Positions 10,939-21,474 of a stretch of DNA of 32,000 nt are shown in pieces. Below the pieces are notes generated by a model. The model made no database searches. It was given only the letters and a program-made list of their open reading frames with translations, and was not told where the DNA came from. Positions within the stretch are counted from its first letter, which is position 1, and each line of letters begins with the position of its first letter. The DNA is from Fastidiosibacter lacustris (GTDB lineage: Bacteria > Pseudomonadota > Gammaproteobacteria > Francisellales > Francisellaceae), in contig NZ_QLIR01000015.1 in assembly GCF_003428155.1 (NCBI RefSeq), forward strand, positions 1 through 32,000, read 5' to 3'. Made by a program: the position numbers and the translations under genes.

Positions 10939-11295
10939 ATGAAGAGATTAGTTGTGATTCTATCGACCTTATTATTAACAAGCACTGCATTTGCTGAAGG
11001 TGTAGCTGCAACAGGTAGCGGTGCGATGAGCTCTATTTTAATGTTGGTTGCATTTTTTGCTATCTTTTATTTTTTGTTAATTCGTCCACAGATGAAGCGA
11101 AATAAAGAGCAACGTAAAATGATTTCTGAACTGACTAAAGGTGATGAGGTCATGACAACAGGAGGTATTCTGGGCAAAATTGTTAAGGTGGGCGAAAATT
11201 ATACTGAAGTTGAAATTGCAGAAAATGTAGTAGTCAAACTACAGAAAAATGCTGTTTCAGGCATTTTACCAAAAGGTGCCGTTAAAACGAATTAA
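10939..11295 (+). CDS. yajC: Sec translocon accessory protein YajC
   Basis: FLLIRPQMKRNKEQRKMI...LTKGDEVMTTGGILGKI, located immediately upstream of secD. Confidence 0.95.
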   Translation: MKRLVVILSTLLLTSTAFAEGVAATGSGAMSSILMLVAFFAIFYFLLIRPQMKRNKEQRKMISELTKGDEVMTTGGILGKIVKVGENYTEVEIAENVVVKLQKNAVSGILPKGAVKTN

Positions 11296-11342
11296 TTTTT
11301 GCTACCTTCTATACAACTCAAGCATATAATCAATAAGGTATT

Positions 11343-13295
11343 ATGACTATGCTTCATCCTAGACAAAAAGCTGCGGTTAACAAGTATCCTTTATGGAAAT
11401 ATTTGATGATTCTAATGATTGCTATTTTGGCAATCATTTATGCTTTACCAAACCTGTTTGGTGAAACACCTTCATTACAAATATCACCAAAAGATGGCAC
11501 AATTAAAGCATCTCTTATCAGTCAAATCAAAGATACATTAGAGCAACAAAAGCTCCCATATAAATCATTGCATCAAGAATCAAGTACAGTTGTGCAAGTT
11601 AGTTTCTCAAATGCACAAGATCAGATAGCGGCACGTACGCTTTTACAAAAGTCGATTAGTAATGATTATATTGTTGCCCTTAACATGGCAGGCAATACGC
11701 CAAACTGGCTATTAGCATTAGGTGCTGAACCCATGAATCTTGGACTTGATTTGCGTGGTGGAATGTATTTGGTGTTAGAAGCTGATACACAATCGGCAAT
11801 TAACGCGCGTTTAGATAATACTTTAGAGAGTATTGTTCAGGGACTTAAAAAGTTCACAATTACACCGGAATCACAGCTCAAAGCAAGTCAAAAAATTAAA
11901 TTAAGCAAAGATTTTTCCGTGCCTGTGACGTATAGCAGCATTGGTTATGTTGCCTTACAATTTGCAAGTAGCGGGGATTTAGATAAGGCTGTCAATTATT
12001 TAAAGTCAGATTACACTAAAACACAAAATAACCAGCTTGTTTATAGCGTGCTTAAAGACAAAATGCTACTAATAAGCTTTAATAGCCAGTTGATTGCACA
12101 AATCAAGCAAGAAGCCATTTCACAGGTTGTGACTGTTATGCGTAATCGTATTAATGCACTAGGTGTAGCAGAAGCTTCTGTTGCTGCATCAGGTGACTCA
12201 CGTGTGATTATTGAGTTACCTGGTCTTCAAGATGCAGCTCGAGCAAAACAAATATTAGGAGGCACATCTACTGCGAGTTTCTATATCGTTTCTCCTGTTA
12301 TCGATCGCTTGAAAGTAGAAGAGCAGGGTATTAAGGTGTATCCATTAATCTCAAGTGGACATACATTTTACTATCAACTTGAAGGAAGTTCTGTTGTCAG
12401 TGGAAGCTCGATTGTTAATGCTTCACCTGGAGTTGATCATCAAACAGGTCAACCAATTGTGGCGGTGCAATTAAGTTCAGATGCGGCAGGGCATTTTAGG
12501 GAGATAACCAGTAAACATGTTGGTAATCTAATGGGTGTTATGCTTGTTAATACAACGTATAAAAAAGAAGTCATTGAGGGTAAAGAAGTCAATAGTATTG
12601 AAAAAACAGAAAAACTTGTCAATGCAGCAACTATTCAAACGGCTTTAGGTGCAAACTTTCAAATTACAGGTCTTGATCAGCGTGAAGCAAATAACTTAGC
12701 ACTTATGATTCGCTCAGGTGCGTTGCAAGTTCCTGTGCATATTGCTCAAGAGCAACAAATTGGACCTACACTAGGTAAGCAAAACATTGACCAGGGAATG
12801 ATTTCAATTATTGTAGCGCTTGTTTTGGTTGTACTGTTTATGGCAATTTACTATCACTTATTTGGCATGATCGCCAATGTGGCATTAGTGCTTAACTTGA
12901 TTTTAATTATTGCAATTATGTCGATTATTCCAGGAGCAACTTTAACGTTACCAGGAATTGCTGGTATTGTGCTTAATCTTGGGATGTCGATTGATGGTAA
13001 TGTGTTGGTATTTGAGCGCATCCGAGAAGAACTTAGAAATGGTATGCCGGTCCAAAGCGCAATTTCAGCAGGATATGAGCGCGCATTTGGGACGATTGTT
13101 GACTCCAATGTGACAACGCTTATTGTAGCAATCATTTTGTTTGCGATTGGCACAGGAGCAGTGAAAGGGTTTGCAGTAACACTTATTATAGGTATTATCA
13201 CTTCCATGTTCACAGCGGTGACTGTATCACGTGCGATGACCAATTTGATATATGGTTCTAGGCGTAATCTTAAAAAATTATCAATTGGGATATAG
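11343..13295 (+). CDS. secD: Protein translocase subunit SecD
   Basis: GLDLRGGMYLVLE, MRNRINALGVAEA and MSIDGNVLVFERIREEL...AF. Confidence 0.97.
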   Translation: MTMLHPRQKAAVNKYPLWKYLMILMIAILAIIYALPNLFGETPSLQISPKDGTIKASLISQIKDTLEQQKLPYKSLHQESSTVVQVSFSNAQDQIAARTLLQKSISNDYIVALNMAGNTPNWLLALGAEPMNLGLDLRGGMYLVLEADTQSAINARLDNTLESIVQGLKKFTITPESQLKASQKIKLSKDFSVPVTYSSIGYVALQFASSGDLDKAVNYLKSDYTKTQNNQLVYSVLKDKMLLISFNSQLIAQIKQEAISQVVTVMRNRINALGVAEASVAASGDSRVIIELPGLQDAARAKQILGGTSTASFYIVSPVIDRLKVEEQGIKVYPLISSGHTFYYQLEGSSVVSGSSIVNASPGVDHQTGQPIVAVQLSSDAAGHFREITSKHVGNLMGVMLVNTTYKKEVIEGKEVNSIEKTEKLVNAATIQTALGANFQITGLDQREANNLALMIRSGALQVPVHIAQEQQIGPTLGKQNIDQGMISIIVALVLVVLFMAIYYHLFGMIANVALVLNLILIIAIMSIIPGATLTLPGIAGIVLNLGMSIDGNVLVFERIREELRNGMPVQSAISAGYERAFGTIVDSNVTTLIVAIILFAIGTGAVKGFAVTLIIGIITSMFTAVTVSRAMTNLIYGSRRNLKKLSIGI

Positions 13296-13304
13296 GGGTG
13301 CAGC

Positions 13305-14264
13305 ATGGAGTTTTTTAGGCATACAACAAATATCGACTTTATGGGCATCCGCAAATGGACTGCTCTTGTTTCGATCATATTAATTGGATTATCAATCATT
13401 TTTTTAATTGTGCGTGGTTTGAATATGGGACTGGATTTTACTGGAGGTTATCAGGTCCAAGTCAATTATAAAATAGCACCATCAACGCAAGATGTTGCAA
13501 AAATCCTTGCCAAAGATGGTTTTCCTACCGCACAAGTGACGACTTTTGGCTCAGTCGATAGCTTGATGATTAAACTACCAATTCAAAAAAATGAAAACAA
13601 TCAAGTGATGATTGATAAGGAAGGTCAGTCAGCACAGCAGCTGTTAAAGCAAAGAATTGAAGCGACGCTAGGCAGTGAAGCTCAGGTTGCAAGTTTGAAT
13701 TATATTGGACCTCAGGTTGGTAAAGAGTTGGCAACAAATGGTTTATTAGCACTTCTAGTAGCCATGATCTGTATCGTTGGTTATATCGCCTTTCGTTTTG
13801 AAATGAAATTTGCAATTAGTGCGGGCATTGCGCTTATTCATGATCCAATTATTATTTTGGGTGTGTTTTCAGCCTTCCAATTGGAATTTACTTTAACAAC
13901 TTTAGCAGCAGTATTGGCGGTAATCGGTTATTCGTTAAATGATACGGTTGTGATTTATGATCGGGTACGTGAGAATTTCCGTAAAATGCGTAAAGCAAGT
14001 GTGATTGAGGTAGTTAACCGCTCAGTAAATGATACTTTGTCACGCACGATTATGACCTCAGGCTTAACATTGCTAGTGGTGGTTGTACTTTATTTCTTTG
14101 GTGGACCTTCATTACACGAATTTTCTTTAGCATTAATTCTCGGTGTGATCGTTGGAACTTACTCCTCAATTTATGTTGCAGGTGTATTAGCTGTCCTGTT
14201 TGGTCTTAAACGTGAATCTTTACTGCCACCACAAAAGTTAGCTGATAGCGATAGGAATGAATGA
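13305..14264 (+). CDS. secF: Protein translocase subunit SecF
   Basis: GLNMGLDFTGGYQVQ, SLNDTVVIYDRVRENFRKMRK and NRTLSRTI-like NDTLSRTIMTS. Follows secD. Confidence 0.97.
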   Translation: MEFFRHTTNIDFMGIRKWTALVSIILIGLSIIFLIVRGLNMGLDFTGGYQVQVNYKIAPSTQDVAKILAKDGFPTAQVTTFGSVDSLMIKLPIQKNENNQVMIDKEGQSAQQLLKQRIEATLGSEAQVASLNYIGPQVGKELATNGLLALLVAMICIVGYIAFRFEMKFAISAGIALIHDPIIILGVFSAFQLEFTLTTLAAVLAVIGYSLNDTVVIYDRVRENFRKMRKASVIEVVNRSVNDTLSRTIMTSGLTLLVVVVLYFFGGPSLHEFSLALILGVIVGTYSSIYVAGVLAVLFGLKRESLLPPQKLADSDRNE

Positions 14265-14513
14265 GATCATTTCGTAAAATTCAATCATATGGCAGTGTTA
14301 AGTTATTTAAACCCTACTATCGTTCAATGATGATTATTTAATAACACAAGAACAAAAGCAACATGTTATTTCACACCTTTTTATGCTTTTATAATAGCTA
14401 ATGAACTGACTAATTTTGTCATAATAAGTAATCAATTTGTGCTTTTTTTTCAAAGGAATCCAGCGTAAAATGCGTAAAGCCATTTTGCCTTAAACCCAAC
14501 GCAGATACATTTC

Positions 14514-15848
14514 ATGAAATATTTTGCTTTAAAAGCGCTAAAAAAGGATAAAATCTTTACTGAATCCCGTAAGCTTATGTCTTTTTCGTCGTGGCGTAGG
14601 CGTTTGATTTTCTGGGGTGGAGCGATTTTGGTAGGTCTGATATGCGTATTATTTGCCTATGTTTGTGACAATTTAAATGATAGCTTTAATGCACTTAGCC
14701 AAGCTCACCCTTATTGGCCACTTTTCATTATGCCAATTGGTTTTATGGTTATTATTTACTTATTAAAAACATATTTTGATGGTGCAGAAGGCAGTGGTAT
14801 TCCACAAGTGATAACGGCCTTAAAAGTTAAAAATATGCAACGACGTAGCAGGCTTGTTTCGATGCGTATTGCCTTAGGGAAGTTTATGTTGACAGCACTA
14901 GGCTTTTTAAGTGGTGCATCGATTGGTCGAGAAGGACCAACAATTCAATTGAGTGCATCAGTGATGCACTTTTTAGGTCGATTAGAAAAATTTAATCGTG
15001 AAGATACCGAGAAAGGTTTGTTATTAGCAGGTGGTGCAGCTGGAATTGCAGCAGCCTTTAATGCACCATTAGCCGGAGTTGTGTTTGCAATCGAAGAGCT
15101 TGCTGGTTCATTTGATAAAGGGATTACAGGTACGATGATTACAACAGTCGTGCTATGTGGTTTTGTGTCATTAGAAATCATGGGTAATTATGCTTATTTT
15201 GGTGCAAGTTCTGCTACTTTGGATATTTTAGGTGGTGGTTGGATTATTATAATCGTTGTTGCTGTGGCATGTGGTTTTTTAGGTGGACTTTTTAGTCAAA
15301 TGCTTCTAATAATATCAGCAGCATCTATTAGGATTATTCGTAGGTATCCAATTATTTTTGCAGGTAGCATTGGCTTTGTTGTTGCTGTGATTGGTGTACT
15401 AACAGGTGGTATTATTTATGGCAGTGGTAAAGATACTGCAGTAGCGTTATTAAATGGTTATGATACACATATAACTGCTTTTTTTGGTTTATGGAAAATG
15501 ATTGCGACGTTGTTATCTTTCATTAGTGGTATTCCTGGTGGGATATTTGCGCCATCTTTATCCGCAGGTGCAGGATTTGGACATATGATGAGTTTTTTGT
15601 TTGCAGATAAATATGCGAGTGCAGTGATTTTAATTGGCACAGTTGCTTATTTCTCAGGCGTTGTGCAAAGCCCAATTACGTGTTTTATCATCGTATCTGA
15701 AATGACACGTAATGTTTCAACAGGAATGCTGTTACCGATTATGTTAGCAGCGCTGTTAGGTACAGCTACCTCAAGAATTGTCTGTAAAGAACCTATTTAT
15801 CATATGTTATCGTTGCGCTATTTAGATAAGTTAAGGGGGGAGAAATAG
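14514..15848 (+). CDS. clcA: ClC-family chloride channel / H+-Cl- antiporter
   Basis: GSGIPQV, GREGPTIQLSA (gating Glu), GIPGGIFAPSLSAGAGFG. Confidence 0.9.
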   Translation: MKYFALKALKKDKIFTESRKLMSFSSWRRRLIFWGGAILVGLICVLFAYVCDNLNDSFNALSQAHPYWPLFIMPIGFMVIIYLLKTYFDGAEGSGIPQVITALKVKNMQRRSRLVSMRIALGKFMLTALGFLSGASIGREGPTIQLSASVMHFLGRLEKFNREDTEKGLLLAGGAAGIAAAFNAPLAGVVFAIEELAGSFDKGITGTMITTVVLCGFVSLEIMGNYAYFGASSATLDILGGGWIIIIVVAVACGFLGGLFSQMLLIISAASIRIIRRYPIIFAGSIGFVVAVIGVLTGGIIYGSGKDTAVALLNGYDTHITAFFGLWKMIATLLSFISGIPGGIFAPSLSAGAGFGHMMSFLFADKYASAVILIGTVAYFSGVVQSPITCFIIVSEMTRNVSTGMLLPIMLAALLGTATSRIVCKEPIYHMLSLRYLDKLRGEK

Positions 15849-15900
15849 ACCTTTGGTATTTACATAAAGCTTCGTTACAATAGGGCACTTTTATAAAACG

Positions 15901-16674
15901 ATGATGTCAATCATGTTTGATTATAATTTATTCAATAAACATTCTATTAAAAACAAACAAAGATTTAGCCAACTAAGCTTTATTAAGCTTGAAATAGGTA
16001 AGCGGTTACTCGATAAGCTTAGTTTTATAAAAATAATTCCTAAAATCATTTATGTTGAGGGATTGAGTGCAGAAGATCTGACAAATTTAAAAGTCTGGTT
16101 TACAGATGCCAAAATCATAACAGAGTTATCACAACCAGTTGATTTAATTCTTTCAAATTGTTTGCTTCACCTTAATGAGAGCATCGTAAAATGTTTAAAA
16201 AACTGGCAAAATTGGCTAAAACCGGAAGGGATCATCTTATTTACAAGTTTTGGTAGCACAACTTTGCAAGAGTTAAAAAAAGCCTGGCAATTCATAGATT
16301 CGTATCCCCATATCAATCAAATGGTTGATTTACACGATTTAGGTGATTTACTGCTAAAACAGTATTACCAAAATCCAGTAGTTGATGCTGAAATTTTGAC
16401 TTTGTCATATGATAATTTAACTATATTATTTAGCGATATTCGAAGTCTAGGTGAGCCATTAGCCGATACCAAAATGCGCCGTACATTTATAGGCAAAACT
16501 CGTTGGCAGCAATTTATAGCTCGATTGGAGAAAAAAGGGTTAAATATCAGTTATGAAATTATTTATGGTTATGCTTATAAAAGTCGAAAAAGTCTGGCTA
16601 CAAAAACAATAGATGGTGAAGCGATGATAAGTTTTGAGCAATTACAGTCTTCCCTTAGAAATAGGAAAACTTAA
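15901..16674 (+). CDS. BioC-like malonyl-ACP O-methyltransferase homologue with degenerate SAM-binding region
   Basis: BioC-like N-terminus (IGKRLLDKL) and C-terminal two-thirds (LILSNCLLH, LKPEGIILFTSFG..TLQELKKAW..IDSYPHINQMVDLHDLGDLL, RRTFIGKTRWQ, YEIIYGYAYK). The expected DLGCGTG motif is absent. Confidence 0.7.
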   Translation: MMSIMFDYNLFNKHSIKNKQRFSQLSFIKLEIGKRLLDKLSFIKIIPKIIYVEGLSAEDLTNLKVWFTDAKIITELSQPVDLILSNCLLHLNESIVKCLKNWQNWLKPEGIILFTSFGSTTLQELKKAWQFIDSYPHINQMVDLHDLGDLLLKQYYQNPVVDAEILTLSYDNLTILFSDIRSLGEPLADTKMRRTFIGKTRWQQFIARLEKKGLNISYEIIYGYAYKSRKSLATKTIDGEAMISFEQLQSSLRNRKT

Positions 16675-16675
16675 T

Positions 16676-17137
16676 TTAATGTTGCGTTTGTTCAGTTGCT
16701 TGTTGTTGAGCAAGTCTTTGCATATAAAGTGCATCGAAGTTAATGGGTGCTAAATTAATTTGAGGAAAGCCACCACGGTTAATAAGGCTGTCGATAGTCT
16801 CTTTAGCATATGGGAACAATGTAGTTGGACAAAATGCACCCAACATTGGCTCAATTTGGTCTTTTGGCATATTTTGTAATGTAAAAATACCTGCTTGTGA
16901 TACTTCAATTAAATATGCATTTTTGTCTTTGTTTTTTACAGTCACGGTTAAGCTGAGTTCTACTTCGTAAACATTCCCACCCTCCAGTTTCTTGGAGTTA
17001 GTGTCTACATTTATATTGGCTTCTGGTTGCCATTGTGCTTTAAATACATCTGGGGTGCTTGGCGCTTCAAATGAGATATCCTTAGTATAAATTTTTTGAA
17101 TAACAAAATTAGGTTTAGCGCTATGTGTGTTTTCCAT
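16676..17137 (-). CDS. secB: Protein-export chaperone SecB
   Basis: IQKIYTKDISFEAPSTPDVF, QWQPEANINVDT and GFPQINLAPINFDALYMQR. Confidence 0.95.
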   Translation of the reverse strand: MENTHSAKPNFVIQKIYTKDISFEAPSTPDVFKAQWQPEANINVDTNSKKLEGGNVYEVELSLTVTVKNKDKNAYLIEVSQAGIFTLQNMPKDQIEPMLGAFCPTTLFPYAKETIDSLINRGGFPQINLAPINFDALYMQRLAQQQATEQTQH

Positions 17138-17361
17138 TTTGGTTTCCTGTTTAACGAGTCATGATTTATTGAACTATTATGCCTCATAGCATAGCAAAGT
17201 CCAACCACTTTACTGGCAACAAAAATGCTTAAGTACTGTATTTATAATTAACCTAAATTGGCAAATACAATTTATATGTAAAAAAGAGTAAAAGCCATAG
17301 ATTAAATATCACGTTGTGATTGATGGTGATTGGTTCTTAATTAACCTTTTGTATGAGTATC

Positions 17362-20300
17362 CTATGTAGCCGAAGGTACAATCGATTTTTCAAGCTTGGT
17401 AATAAAGTGATTGATAAATGCAATTCTCTCTTTTGCATGGGGTAATGCTTTTTTTATTAAGAGGTTTTGAGCTTGACTTAACTGAAAATCTTGAGCTTGC
17501 ATTTGGACGATTTTGATCAAATGAATAGGGTCAAATTTAAGTGGTGTAATAAAGCTGATCTTGCCACCACTTGAGTGCATTTCAATTTTTTGAATGCCAA
17601 TTGCAGTGGCATTTAGCTTAAGATAAGTAATATCAAATAAGTATTGCCCATATTCAGGTAACAAACCAAAGCGATCAATGATTTCTACCTTAATTTGATT
17701 GAGTTCATCTGAAGTCATAGCGCTAGAGATACGTTTATAGAGTCCTAAACGTGTGTGAACATCAAAAATATATTCTTCTGGAAAAAGCGTTGGAATGCGA
17801 AGTTCAATAGACGCATCACTCTGGAAAGATTGATTAATTTTTGTTGCATCAAATGTTTCCCCTTTTTGTAAAGCATTAATTGTTTTTTGTAATAAATCCA
17901 TGTAGAGATTAAAGCCTATGCTTTGGATGTTGCCACTTTGTTCTTTACCTAGCATTTCTCCAGCGCCTCGAATTTCCAGATCGTGATTTGCAAGCATATA
18001 ACCACCACCTAAAGATTGCGTTTCAGCAATTGCTTCTAGCCGCTTTTTAGCATCTTTGGTCAGTGAAACATCAGGTGGTGTAAGTAGATAAGCATAAGCT
18101 TGATGGTGTGAGCGACCTACTCGACCTCTAAGCTGATGCAATTGTGCCAAGCCAAAATTATCAGCACGCTCGATGACGATGGTATTAACATTAGCGATAT
18201 CAATACCTGTTTCAATAATTGTTGTACAAACTAATATTTGGTAACGATTTTGTTGGAATTCGAACATGACCTTTTCAAGTTCACGTTCACGCATTTGTCC
18301 ATGTGCAACAGCTATTTTAATTTCAGGAAAAATTTGTTGTAATTGCTCTGATTTGTCATATATGGTGATGACACTATTATGTAAATAATAAACTTGTCCA
18401 CCACGCAAGGTTTCACGCATAATCGCTTCACGAATAATGCTGATATTAAACTGCCTTATAAAAGTCTTAACAGAGAGTCGTTTAGCAGGAGGTGTTGAAA
18501 TAACCGATAGATCACGAATATTTGAAAATGCCATGTTAAGCGTACGTGGAATAGGCGTTGCTGTCATGGTTAAAATATCTATATTCGTACGCAGTGCTTT
18601 CATTTTTTCTTTGTGTGTGACACCAAAACGATGCTCTTCATCAATAATTAATAATCCAAGGTTATGAAATTTAATTTTATCGGATAATAGTTTATGGGTG
18701 CCAATTATAATATCAATCATTCCATTATTGATTTTTTCAATGGCATCACCTTGCTCGCGTGTGGTTTTAAAACGAGATAAAACATCAACATTAGCACCTG
18801 TTTCACTAAAACGGTCACTGAAATTTTCAAAGTGCTGCTGTGCAAGCAATGTGGTAGGTGCTAAAATGGCAACTTGTTTGTTATTGTTGATAGCAATAAA
18901 AGCAGCTCGCATTGCAACCTCAGTTTTACCAAAACCCACATCACCACAAACCAATCTATCCATTGGCTTTTCAGTGATCATATCCTTTATTACATCATTG
19001 ATTGCAATAGCTTGATCAGGTGTTTCTTCAAAAGGAAATCCCTCACAAAAAGCAAGATATTCGTTTTCATTAAAAATATTACCATAGCCTTTTTTAAGCA
19101 AACGTTTAGCGTAAATATCTAAAAGGTCAGCTGCAACATCATTAATTTTTTTAGCAGCCTTTTCTTTTTCCTTTTCCCATTGATCGGAACCCAATTTACT
19201 AATTGGTGCATGCTCAAGGTCTGTACCGCTATAGCGACTAACAAGGTGTAAAGCATAAATAGGCACGTAAAGTTTTTCATCATTTTTAAAACTTAAAGTG
19301 AGGAATTCTGTCTCTTGATTGCCGACATCTAATTTGGTCAAGCCATCATAACGGGCAATACCATGTTCAATGTGAACCACAGGACTACCAATAGTGAGCT
19401 CCGATAGATCCTTTAACGCTACAGTTGGAAAATTCTCAATATCTTTTTTTATTTTACGGGAGCGTAAGTTAATTGCACTGTGACTTGCAAATAAATCAAA
19501 CTCGGTAATGATAGCGTAGTTTTGATTAAGAATTACTCCTTGCGTAAACGGTGCTACGATGATGATGTACTGCTCATCAGTGGATATGGCTTCCGACCAG
19601 TTAGTGTGGTGATGTAGCTTAAGATGAAGTTTTGTTAGGTTTTCATAAAGTAAAGCTTTACGACCACTGCTTTCAGCGCAGAAAATCACTTTTTTAAACG
19701 TTTGACCATTGAGTAGATCCAATAAATTTTGATAGGGTTCTTTATAGTGATAATGCACATGAATATCTGTTATGGGCGCAGTAATAAGATTATTTGCTTT
19801 TGGCTTATAGTTTTTAAGCCATTTGATGTGGTTAAAGGTTTGAAGTTTTTGATTAAAATCAGTTACTGATAAAAATACTTTATCATATCTCAAAATGGGT
19901 CGCTGATGATCATGAGCCAGTTGGTCATGACGAATGATAATATCTTGATAGTAACGCTCAAGCGCTTGTTGACAGTTATAAATGCTATGAACAATTGTCT
20001 TTTGGGGTACATAATCAAAAATAGTACATAACCTTTCATAAAAAAGTGGCAAGTAAAACTCAATACCACTGATGCTTTGACCTTTGATAATCTGTTGGTA
20101 AATTTGATTTTGAGACTTGGCGTGTGGTAAAAACGAAAACCAATTTTGTGCAAATTGATCCAAGCTTTTCTTATCTAGGACAAATTCTTGCGTTGGTAAA
20201 ATCTGAATTTTATCAATCAGATTATTTGATCTTTGAGTTTCTAGGTCAATGGTGCGAATGCTGTCTATTTCATCGTCAAATAGATCAATACGATATGCTT

Positions 20301-20817
20301 CATCTGATCCCATTGGAAAAATATCCAAAATACTGCCACGAACGCTAAACTCACCGCGACTAATAACTTGTGATACATTTTGGTAACCAACTGTTTCTAA
20401 TTGACGCTTTTTTTGAGTAATGTCAAGCCGATCACCTTTTTTCATTACGAAACTTTGTTGATTTAAAAAAGATTGTGGGGGTAAGTATTTTAAAAGTGTG
20501 GTGGCATTTGCAATGATAATCAGTTGATCATGGTTTTGGATGCGGTTTAAAGTACTTAAGCGGGAAGAAATAACGTCTTCAGAAGCGGAAAAATGGTCAA
20601 ATGGCAGAATCTCCAAATCCGCAAAATAAACAACGTCTTGAGTTGTTAATAGAAAACTTAGCTCATCATAAAGTTGTAGTGCAAGTTGTGCATTTTCAGT
20701 AATAACTAAGTGTGTACAAAGACTATTTTGGTTGATATATTCGCTTAACGCTAAAGAGATTGATGTTGTTTGAGCATTAGCGAAAATATTGCGTGTTGTA
20801 TGGGGTAACAGTTGCAT
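17362..20817 (-). CDS. mfd: Transcription-repair coupling factor
   Basis: 1151-aa protein with GDVGFGKTEVAMRAAF, DEEHRFGVTHKE, TATPIPRTLNMA and QLRGRVGRSHHQAYAYLL. Confidence 0.98.
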   Translation of the reverse strand: MQLLPHTTRNIFANAQTTSISLALSEYINQNSLCTHLVITENAQLALQLYDELSFLLTTQDVVYFADLEILPFDHFSASEDVISSRLSTLNRIQNHDQLIIIANATTLLKYLPPQSFLNQQSFVMKKGDRLDITQKKRQLETVGYQNVSQVISRGEFSVRGSILDIFPMGSDEAYRIDLFDDEIDSIRTIDLETQRSNNLIDKIQILPTQEFVLDKKSLDQFAQNWFSFLPHAKSQNQIYQQIIKGQSISGIEFYLPLFYERLCTIFDYVPQKTIVHSIYNCQQALERYYQDIIIRHDQLAHDHQRPILRYDKVFLSVTDFNQKLQTFNHIKWLKNYKPKANNLITAPITDIHVHYHYKEPYQNLLDLLNGQTFKKVIFCAESSGRKALLYENLTKLHLKLHHHTNWSEAISTDEQYIIIVAPFTQGVILNQNYAIITEFDLFASHSAINLRSRKIKKDIENFPTVALKDLSELTIGSPVVHIEHGIARYDGLTKLDVGNQETEFLTLSFKNDEKLYVPIYALHLVSRYSGTDLEHAPISKLGSDQWEKEKEKAAKKINDVAADLLDIYAKRLLKKGYGNIFNENEYLAFCEGFPFEETPDQAIAINDVIKDMITEKPMDRLVCGDVGFGKTEVAMRAAFIAINNNKQVAILAPTTLLAQQHFENFSDRFSETGANVDVLSRFKTTREQGDAIEKINNGMIDIIIGTHKLLSDKIKFHNLGLLIIDEEHRFGVTHKEKMKALRTNIDILTMTATPIPRTLNMAFSNIRDLSVISTPPAKRLSVKTFIRQFNISIIREAIMRETLRGGQVYYLHNSVITIYDKSEQLQQIFPEIKIAVAHGQMRERELEKVMFEFQQNRYQILVCTTIIETGIDIANVNTIVIERADNFGLAQLHQLRGRVGRSHHQAYAYLLTPPDVSLTKDAKKRLEAIAETQSLGGGYMLANHDLEIRGAGEMLGKEQSGNIQSIGFNLYMDLLQKTINALQKGETFDATKINQSFQSDASIELRIPTLFPEEYIFDVHTRLGLYKRISSAMTSDELNQIKVEIIDRFGLLPEYGQYLFDITYLKLNATAIGIQKIEMHSSGGKISFITPLKFDPIHLIKIVQMQAQDFQLSQAQNLLIKKALPHAKERIAFINHFITKLEKSIVPSAT

Positions 20818-20919
20818 TAATATGGGACTTACTTTTCAAATTACGCTATTTTAAAGACTCATGTTAAGGTTCGCAATAAAAGTTACCAAACTCTTAATAT
20901 TTAAACAGGAATATAGAAA

Positions 20920-21474
20920 ATGAAAATAAAGCGTTGCCTATGGGCTGAAGATGATTCTGATATGATTGCTTATCATGATGATGAATGGGGCATCCCTTTG
21001 TATGATGAGCAAAGACTATTTGAGTTTTTATCGTTGGAAGGTGCACAAGCTGGGTTGAGTTGGAAAACGATTTTAAAGCGAAGAGAAGCTTATCAAAAAG
21101 CATTTCACTGTTTTGAAATCAGCAAAGTGGCATTAATGAGCACTGAAGATATGGAGTTATTACTGACAAATAGTGGCATTATTCGCAACCGTTTAAAGGT
21201 TAAAAGTGTAATTAATAATGCAAGATGTTGGCTTAAACTTAAAGAGAATCTATCTGTGGTTGAGAAATTATGGACATTTTCGCCAGAAAACCAAGATATT
21301 TATTATCATCAACATGACGTTCCTGCGTTTACAGATGAAGCACAAGCAATGAGTAAATGGCTAAAATTAAATGGTTTTACATTCGTTGGTCCCAAGATAT
21401 GTTATGCCTTTATGCAAGCAACTGGTATGGTGAATGATCATATAAAAAGTTGCTATTTGTCACGGACACAATAA
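20920..21474 (+). CDS. tag: DNA-3-methyladenine glycosylase I
   Basis: CLWAEDDSDMIAYHDDEWGIPLYDEQRLFEFLSLEGAQAGLSWKTIL, FVGPKICYAFMQATGMVNDH. Confidence 0.95.
   Translation: MKIKRCLWAEDDSDMIAYHDDEWGIPLYDEQRLFEFLSLEGAQAGLSWKTILKRREAYQKAFHCFEISKVALMSTEDMELLLTNSGIIRNRLKVKSVINNARCWLKLKENLSVVEKLWTFSPENQDIYYHQHDVPAFTDEAQAMSKWLKLNGFTFVGPKICYAFMQATGMVNDHIKSCYLSRTQ

Noticed and set aside
12854-13399. 181-aa reverse-strand ORF across secD/secF
   Set aside because: Antisense to conserved secD and secF coding regions, with no recognisable domain. Typical shadow ORF.
17011-17208. 65-aa reverse-strand ORF overlapping the start of secB
   Set aside because: Out of frame with secB, no family features and weak initiation context.
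18437-19122. Three overlapping + strand ORFs inside mfd
   Set aside because: All are antisense to a strongly supported mfd. Their compositions look like antisense translation of conserved coding DNA.
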